64,000 nucleotides of DNA. Source: Prevotellaceae bacterium. Lineage in GTDB: Bacteria; Bacteroidota; Bacteroidia; Bacteroidales; Bacteroidaceae. Below the pieces are notes generated by a model, which saw only the letters and a program-made list of their open reading frames with translations, was not told the origin of the DNA and ran no database searches. Location: positions 3,921-67,920 of the forward strand of contig JAQXXT010000007.1 in assembly GCA_029226205.1 (NCBI GenBank), read 5' to 3'. Position 1 is the stretch's first letter; each line of letters begins with the position of its first letter. The translations under genes were made by a program, and so were the position numbers. This document shows, piece after piece, positions 57,561 to 64,000 of this stretch.

Positions 57561-57686
57561 GCGGCAAAGGTACAAAGATTTGATGAAAAAGCAAAAGATG
57601 TAAAGATCTGATTTATCATTTTTCAAAACTCTTGCATAAAACAAGAAGATTTTGTATTTTTGCAACCGAACTAAAAAATAATATCT

Positions 57687-58397
57687 ATGAAGAAAGTGTT
57701 AGTAACTGGTGCCAACAAAGGCATCGGATATGAGATTGCACGACATCTCGGGAAAAAAGACTGGCAAGTGATTATCGGTGCCAGAAACGAGCAACGGGCT
57801 CAAAAGGCCATGCAGACGTTGAAAGCTGACGGCGTTAACGTCCTGGACTGGCAGTATGTCAATCTCTCTGACTTGAAGAGTATAGAAGTATCCATCAAGG
57901 AAATCAAGGAAAAATATCCTGACCTCGCACTCCTCGTCAACAATGCCGGCATCCCAGGCGATATGGCGATACCAAGTTATAAGTCAGAGCTGAAGGATGT
58001 GATGGAAACCATACAGGTGAATTATTTCGGCACGTTCGCACTTACCAAAGGCCTCATCCCTTTACTCGCCAACAACCATGGTCGTATCTGCAACATCACT
58101 GTTCCTTCTACCTTCAGCCCTTACTGGCATCCGATGGCTTATGTCGCCAGCAAGGCCGCACAAAACACGATGACTACAATCATGGCTGCAGACTTCGAAC
58201 ACGATAAAGTTCCTGTTGAAATCTTCGACATCCATCCCGGCGCCACTTCAACAGATCTCAACAACCACTATTCCGGTCCTGGCTCTCACCAGCCCGACGT
58301 GATTGGCGAGAAAGTGGAAGAGATTATCGATGATGGTAAGAAGCACAATGGAGAATTCATCGAACTCTATCCCATCGTCGACGAAGGGAACTATTAA
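57687..58397 (+). CDS. SDR family oxidoreductase
   Basis: TGANKGIG, NNAGI, YVASK. Confidence 0.93.
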   Translation: MKKVLVTGANKGIGYEIARHLGKKDWQVIIGARNEQRAQKAMQTLKADGVNVLDWQYVNLSDLKSIEVSIKEIKEKYPDLALLVNNAGIPGDMAIPSYKSELKDVMETIQVNYFGTFALTKGLIPLLANNHGRICNITVPSTFSPYWHPMAYVASKAAQNTMTTIMAADFEHDKVPVEIFDIHPGATSTDLNNHYSGPGSHQPDVIGEKVEEIIDDGKKHNGEFIELYPIVDEGNY

Positions 58398-58422
58398 AAC
58401 GGGATTTCGTAAAGAACTGTCC

Positions 58423-60474
58423 CTACTTCAGCTCCAACTGTTTCTGTAACCGAAGGATCTCGTCACGGTATTGGGCTGCCTGGATAAAGTCAAGTTTCTT
58501 GGCAGCCTCTTTCATCAATGCCGTAGTATCTGCGATACTCTTCTCCAACTGCTGCCGCGTCATACGAGCTACGATTGGATCTGCAGCAAAGGCACCCTCA
58601 TCAGGCTCAAGATAGGCCTGTTGGGCCTTGATGTTCGCTGACTGTATCGTACCGAGTGATGTCGAAGTCTCTTCTGTATTTCCAATAGGCAGATCGGTAT
58701 GGATGGCTTTGACGATCTGTTTCGGCGTGATATGATGGTCTGCATTATATTTCATCTGAATACTCCGGCGACGGGCTGTCTCATCAATGGTCTTCTGCAT
58801 ACTCTCCGTGATGGTATCAGCATACATGATCACTTTTCCATTGACATTACGGGCTGCACGACCGGCTGTCTGCGTAAGACTGCGATGCGAGCGTAGGAAA
58901 CCCTCCTTGTCTGCATCAAGGATAGCGACAAGAGATACTTCCGGGAGATCCAGACCCTCACGGAGCAAGTTGACACCGACGAGCACGTCATAGACACCGG
59001 CGCGAAGGTCATTCATGATCTTTACACGGTCAAGCGTCGCTACATCACTATGGATATATGCGGCTTTTATCTCGTGATTCAACAAGAATTCCGTCAGCTC
59101 CTCTGCCATCCGCTTCGTCAAGGTCGTCACAAGCACACGCTCATTACGATGAATTCGCGTGAGGATCTCATCCATCAAATCATCTATCTGATTCTCACTA
59201 GGCCGTACCTCTATCTCCGGATCCAAGAGTCCCGTAGGACGGATGATTTGTTCGACAACGACGCCCTCACTCTCACGCAACTCATAATCGGCGGGCGTAG
59301 CACTAACATAGATAACCTGATGAATCAGACTATGGAACTCATCAAATGTCAACGGACGGTTGTCAAAGGCAGCAGGTAGACGGAATCCATACTCCACAAG
59401 ATTCTTCTTTCGAGCCCGGTCACCACCGTACATCGCTGAAATCTGCGGTACACTGACATGACTCTCGTCAATAACCATCAGATAATCTTTCGGGAAGAAG
59501 TCCAGCAAGCAGTACGGGCGCTCTCCCGGCTGACGGCCATCGAAATAACGGCTGTAGTTCTCAATGCCCGAACAGTGGCCTAACTCCTTGATCATCTCCA
59601 TATCATATTCCACACGCTCCTTGATACGCTGTGCTTTCACCGTATCACCGATGCTATTGAAATAATCCACCTGTTTCACCAGATCATCCTGGATCATTCT
59701 GATGGCCTGTTCTGTCTGATCCTTCGTTGTCACGAAGAGGTTGGCTGGATAGATTTCATAAGTCTCAAACGACGTGAGACGATGGAAGGAGACGGCATCA
59801 ACTTCTTCTATGGAATCTATTTCATCATCCCACCACGTCACGCGCAATACATGATCACTGTAGGCCATCGCTACATCAACGGTGTCACCCTTGACACGGA
59901 AATTACCACGCTGCAAATCAAGGTCATTGCGCACATAAAGGGCATCGACAAGTTTGCGAAGAAACTCCTGACGGTCGAGATGCTGCCCTTTCTTCAACTT
60001 GATGACACTCTGTTGCATGGCAACAGGGCCTCCCATACCATAGATGCAAGAGACAGATGAGACGACGATGACATCCTTTCTTCCCGAGAGTAGAGCAGAA
60101 ACGGCACCAAGGCGTAACTTGTCAATATCCTCATTGATAGCCAGATCTTTCTCAATATAGGTATCCGTCGTAGGCAAATATGCCTCTGGCTGGTAATAGT
60201 CATAATAACTTACGTAATATTCCACGGCATTATCAGGAAAGAAACCTTTCATTTCCTGATAGAGCTGAGCAGCCAACGTCTTGTTATGTGATAAAACAAG
60301 TGTTGGCTTATTAACCTGCGCAATGACATTGGCCACCGTGAAGGTCTTGCCCGACCCCGTGACACCCAGCAATACCTGTGCAGGGTCTCCCTCGCGGATT
60401 CCCTCTGTGAGTTGGGCGATAGCCTCAGGCTGATCTCCCGTAGGCTTATATTTGGAAGTAAGTTTAAAATCCAT
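58423..60474 (-). CDS. uvrB: Excinuclease ABC subunit B
   Basis: PTGDQP, GVTGSGKT, YYDYYQPEAY, DESH, QTAGRAARN, C-terminal UVR domain. Confidence 0.98.
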   Translation of the reverse strand: MDFKLTSKYKPTGDQPEAIAQLTEGIREGDPAQVLLGVTGSGKTFTVANVIAQVNKPTLVLSHNKTLAAQLYQEMKGFFPDNAVEYYVSYYDYYQPEAYLPTTDTYIEKDLAINEDIDKLRLGAVSALLSGRKDVIVVSSVSCIYGMGGPVAMQQSVIKLKKGQHLDRQEFLRKLVDALYVRNDLDLQRGNFRVKGDTVDVAMAYSDHVLRVTWWDDEIDSIEEVDAVSFHRLTSFETYEIYPANLFVTTKDQTEQAIRMIQDDLVKQVDYFNSIGDTVKAQRIKERVEYDMEMIKELGHCSGIENYSRYFDGRQPGERPYCLLDFFPKDYLMVIDESHVSVPQISAMYGGDRARKKNLVEYGFRLPAAFDNRPLTFDEFHSLIHQVIYVSATPADYELRESEGVVVEQIIRPTGLLDPEIEVRPSENQIDDLMDEILTRIHRNERVLVTTLTKRMAEELTEFLLNHEIKAAYIHSDVATLDRVKIMNDLRAGVYDVLVGVNLLREGLDLPEVSLVAILDADKEGFLRSHRSLTQTAGRAARNVNGKVIMYADTITESMQKTIDETARRRSIQMKYNADHHITPKQIVKAIHTDLPIGNTEETSTSLGTIQSANIKAQQAYLEPDEGAFAADPIVARMTRQQLEKSIADTTALMKEAAKKLDFIQAAQYRDEILRLQKQLELK

Positions 60475-60620
60475 TTCTCGTATTTCTCCTTCGTGTATAA
60501 TTGCAAAATTATCATATTTTCCCCATTCCAACAAATTTTAAGAGTAAAAAATAGGTACTTCCCAACATTTTTTAGTATCTTTGCGAATTGATAGATAAGA
60601 AAGACTAAGAAACTACCGAT

Positions 60621-61643
60621 ATGAAAAAATTCATGATCTCTTTGTCCTTGCTTTTCGCCATGGGCGTCACGGGGGCATTCGCACAGAACACGCTCACACC
60701 GGAAGAACAAGTCAAGCAGGCCCAAAAGCAACTGCAGGAGGCCCAGGCTGCCCTTGCCAAAGCTCAGGAAGAGGCGAAGAAAGCCGCTGAACAGGCGAAG
60801 ATTGCCCAGGAGCAAGCCCAGAAAGCTGCGAAGGCTGCACAAGAGAAAGCTGCCCAGCAACAGCTGAAGGAGATTCAGGAACAGACGCGGGCTATCCAGG
60901 AGCAGACGAAAGCTGCCCAGCAGCAGGCCGCCGAAGCCCGCAGGCAGGCAGAGGAGGCTCAGCAGCAAGCTCAAGAGGCTGACCGTCAGTCACAGGTCAT
61001 TGCCCCTCAAGCTCAGCCTCAAGCTGTAGATACCCAAAAGGAAGTTCATCAAGGTTGGACGGCACCAACAACCTCCACGACAACGCCACAGCGCAAGTCA
61101 ACGCAGCAGAAGCAGGCCGATTATGATCCGAAGTCTGATCCGAAATACCTCGCCGGTGCTGTCACGACAGATGCTGACGGAAAGATTGTCTTCCGCCGTC
61201 ATATCAACATGCCGGGAAAGAGTAAGGCTGAACTCTATCAGGCCATTCAGGATGAACTTACCCAACTGACGACCGGCGAACAAGAGATCACAGGCAGCCG
61301 TATCTCCTTACTCAATCCTACGGAAGGAACTGTCGTTGCCAGTGTTAAGGAATGGCTGACATTTCAGGCTACCTTCCTCTCCCTCGACCGTTCGGAAGTG
61401 GATTATAACCTCATCGTCAATTGCCATGACGGTAGCGTGGATGCTGAGATCCGCAATATCGTATTCCGCTATGAGCAGGACCGTTCCACCGGTTTCGTAT
61501 CCTCTGCTGAGGATGTCATCTCCGACAAACTGGCATTGAACAAGAAAGGTACAAAACTCAGTCGCGGCTATGGCAAGTTCCGCAAGGGAATGATCGATCG
61601 TAAAAATCAGATATTCGATGAGATACAGAATTTATTTAAATAA
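60621..61643 (+). CDS. DUF4468 domain protein with Q/A/K coiled-coil N-terminus
   Basis: Signal peptide; KYLAGAV...GKIVF; KFRKGMIDRK. Confidence 0.8.
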   Translation: MKKFMISLSLLFAMGVTGAFAQNTLTPEEQVKQAQKQLQEAQAALAKAQEEAKKAAEQAKIAQEQAQKAAKAAQEKAAQQQLKEIQEQTRAIQEQTKAAQQQAAEARRQAEEAQQQAQEADRQSQVIAPQAQPQAVDTQKEVHQGWTAPTTSTTTPQRKSTQQKQADYDPKSDPKYLAGAVTTDADGKIVFRRHINMPGKSKAELYQAIQDELTQLTTGEQEITGSRISLLNPTEGTVVASVKEWLTFQATFLSLDRSEVDYNLIVNCHDGSVDAEIRNIVFRYEQDRSTGFVSSAEDVISDKLALNKKGTKLSRGYGKFRKGMIDRKNQIFDEIQNLFK

Positions 61644-61654
61644 TATTTGACATT

Positions 61655-61957
61655 TTGGAAAATCAGAATCAGAACACTACACCCCAGGATAATCCCTCCA
61701 CCGCTTCAACCGTAAAAGGCGGAGGACAACAGGAATCGGTGGCTGTTAAGCCCCACCACCGGATGGAGAAGATCACGGATCATACACCGATGTTGCGCGT
61801 ACGTAACTACCTCAATATCGCGTTCATGATCCTCGCCCTCATCGGCGTCGCCATCTTCTTTATCCAGCCCCTCTGGCGGCAAGGGGCTATGATCATCATG
61901 CTCATCGCCGTCGTGATAAAAATCATTGAAGTATCCCTTCGCTTATTCCATCATTGA
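61655..61957 (+). CDS. Small two-TM membrane protein
   Basis: RNYLNIAFMILALIGV...KIIEVSLR. Confidence 0.7.
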   Translation: MENQNQNTTPQDNPSTASTVKGGGQQESVAVKPHHRMEKITDHTPMLRVRNYLNIAFMILALIGVAIFFIQPLWRQGAMIIMLIAVVIKIIEVSLRLFHH

Positions 61958-61973
61958 TCCGCTTCTTTCCTTC

Positions 61974-64000
61974 ATGAAAAAGCTATTCCTCTTTTCCCTG
62001 GCCTTCACCGCCATGCTCTCCGCACAGGCACAGACCAGGTTAACAACGACAGACGCTTTCGGACAACAGGACAACACCACGCTGAATAACAACAGAAATA
62101 CCAACCGGCGGGACACCCTCGGCAGTGAGAAAGTGATTCCAAAAGGACTGAAAGTGTGGACTGTCGACGAACGTTTCGGAGATATCAGACCGGCAGAGCC
62201 TGATACCCTGCCCCATCTTTATTCTAACGATCATTTTACATCAGGACGTTATACGGAATATAATACTACGGGAAACCTTGGCTCTCCGCGTATCGCCCGA
62301 CTCTTCATTGACAGACTCCCCGACAGCCATTTCCTCTTCACGGATCCTTACGATTATTTTGTTTCACCCGTTGACCAGCATCATTTCACGAATACCTATT
62401 CTCCGATCACGAACGTATCGTTCAACACTTGTGGTAATCGTACGAATGGTGAGGATGCCCTGAAAGCCTTCTTCGCTGTCAACGCCGGAAAGCGCCTCGG
62501 CGTCGGTTTCCAGTTTGACTACCTCTATGGCCGTGGCTATTATAACAGCCAGAGTACTTCCCATTTCGGATATAAGATGTGGGGGGCCTATCTCGGTGAC
62601 CGGTATCAGGCTCATCTGCTCTTCTCAACGAATCATGAGAAGATGACGGAGAACGGCGGTATCACAAATGACAACTATATCACTCATCCGGAGATGTTCA
62701 GTGAGAACTATGCAACGGATGAGATACCTACTGTCTTCGAACAAAACTGGAATCGTGAAGACAACCAGCGTGTCTTCTTCTCCCAGCGATACAATATCGG
62801 CTTCAACCGAAAGGTGCCGATGACACCGGAAGAAATCAAGGCTAAGAAATTTGCGATGGCCTCCAAGAAGGAGAATGCCGCCGCAAAAGCCAAAGAGGAC
62901 GCGATGAAAGCTGCCCGGAAGGAAGGGAAAAAATTCGACGAGGAAGCCTATGACAAACAGCAAGCCTTCAATGGCCGTCCTGACGACGCGAAGATTGCCG
63001 GTAATGAGCCCGCCGCCAATGATAAGCAACATGAGCGTATCAGCGTCCACGGCACGGCCGCTGCCGACTCGCTCCTCGCTGCCGCTACAAAGGAGAAAGA
63101 AGATACTTCCTGGTTGAAGAATGAATATGTCCCGGTGACGAGTTTCATACATACCCTCGAATTCAAAAACTTCCGAAGAATTTACGAGGCCTATCAGACT
63201 CCGGCAGATTACTACCAAGACACCTATTATAATATAGGGCGGTTACGCAATGACTCCATCTATGATCAGACGAAGCATTTCGAACTGAAGAACACCTTCG
63301 CTATTGCCATGCTTGAAGGTTTCAACAAATGGGCGAAGGCCGGACTGAAGATCTTTGCTTCTCATGACCTGCGCCATTATGAGTTGCCCGATAGTATTGG
63401 AGGTACAAATAAGTATACGGAGAATAACCTCTCTGTCGGCGGCCAGCTCATCAAGACCCAGGGCACACTCTTTCATTATAATGTGACCGGTGAGGTCGGT
63501 GTCGTCGGAAAAGATGCCGGGAACCTTCTCCTTGACGGACATGGAGACTTGAACTTCAAACTCTTCGGTGATACGGTAAGACTGGCGGCAACGGCTTTCT
63601 TCCACCGTACGACCCCGTCGTTCTACTACCGCCACTATCATGCCCGCCATTACTGGTGGGATAATGATGACCTCGACAAGGAGATCCATTCCCGCCTCAT
63701 GGGTGAGTTCTCACTCGACCGTACAGAGACAAAACTCCGTGTGGCCTACGACAACTTACAGAACTACACATATCTCATCCAGAGCTATGATATCGTAGAC
63801 GGTACGACAAGTCGGCGCGCCAACAATCATGTAGAGGTGGCACAGAGCAAGAGCAATATCAGTGTCATCACGGCACAACTGCTGCAGAATCTGCGCTACG
63901 GCATCGTCAACTGGGAGAATATCCTGACTTTCCAGAAGTCCTCCGACGACGATGTGCTGCCCTTGCCGACATTTAATATCTATACGAATCTCTATCTGAA
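61974..64000 (+). CDS. Putative porin (3'-truncated)
   Basis: Signal peptide; GNLGSPR, ENGGITND and beta-strand pattern of Bacteroidetes putative porins; frame runs off the window end. Confidence 0.8.
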   Translation, partial: MKKLFLFSLAFTAMLSAQAQTRLTTTDAFGQQDNTTLNNNRNTNRRDTLGSEKVIPKGLKVWTVDERFGDIRPAEPDTLPHLYSNDHFTSGRYTEYNTTGNLGSPRIARLFIDRLPDSHFLFTDPYDYFVSPVDQHHFTNTYSPITNVSFNTCGNRTNGEDALKAFFAVNAGKRLGVGFQFDYLYGRGYYNSQSTSHFGYKMWGAYLGDRYQAHLLFSTNHEKMTENGGITNDNYITHPEMFSENYATDEIPTVFEQNWNREDNQRVFFSQRYNIGFNRKVPMTPEEIKAKKFAMASKKENAAAKAKEDAMKAARKEGKKFDEEAYDKQQAFNGRPDDAKIAGNEPAANDKQHERISVHGTAAADSLLAAATKEKEDTSWLKNEYVPVTSFIHTLEFKNFRRIYEAYQTPADYYQDTYYNIGRLRNDSIYDQTKHFELKNTFAIAMLEGFNKWAKAGLKIFASHDLRHYELPDSIGGTNKYTENNLSVGGQLIKTQGTLFHYNVTGEVGVVGKDAGNLLLDGHGDLNFKLFGDTVRLAATAFFHRTTPSFYYRHYHARHYWWDNDDLDKEIHSRLMGEFSLDRTETKLRVAYDNLQNYTYLIQSYDIVDGTTSRRANNHVEVAQSKSNISVITAQLLQNLRYGIVNWENILTFQKSSDDDVLPLPTFNIYTNLYL

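Overview
Prevotella-like (Bacteroidales) chromosome. Positions 1 to ~54,345 are the right-hand part of a large integrative conjugative element (ICE); its integrase, active relaxase and coupling protein are not in the window. From left to right the ICE carries: (i) a replication/primase, parA-parG-like and topB block; (ii) ~9 kb of phage-like small genes including a DEDDh exonuclease, a split MazG-like gene, and ASCH, MmcB-like and macrodomain proteins; (iii) a duplicated 'YxxP peptide + BspA-like LRR T9SS protein' cassette flanking a fused restriction-modification gene; (iv) a Bacteroidetes-type tra operon (TraE/F/G/J/K/L/M/N/O, M23 peptidase); and (v) a 6.5-kb array of ~14 short, co-oriented minus-strand genes. 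In that array nearly every gene is preceded by the same covarying hairpin (AAGGWAAC-stem-UAACCA loop), and five ~100-bp self-complementary promoters are interspersed. It looks like a leading-region/anti-defence cassette array with its own regulatory code, headed by a tandem WYL_2/DUF2693-like gene, and is the most novel-looking system here. Other notable signals are a shared upstream box linking the two LRR cassettes to the tra promoter, three phased 8-bp repeat arrays, a likely -1 frameshift in the M23 gene, and a candidate sRNA near the ICE end. Positions 54.5-64 kb are ordinary core genome (gdhA, 2x tRNA-Asp, SDR, uvrB, DUF4468, putative porin). All family assignments come from motif recognition by eye, not database searches. 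Several single-base homopolymer frameshifts could be sequencing errors.
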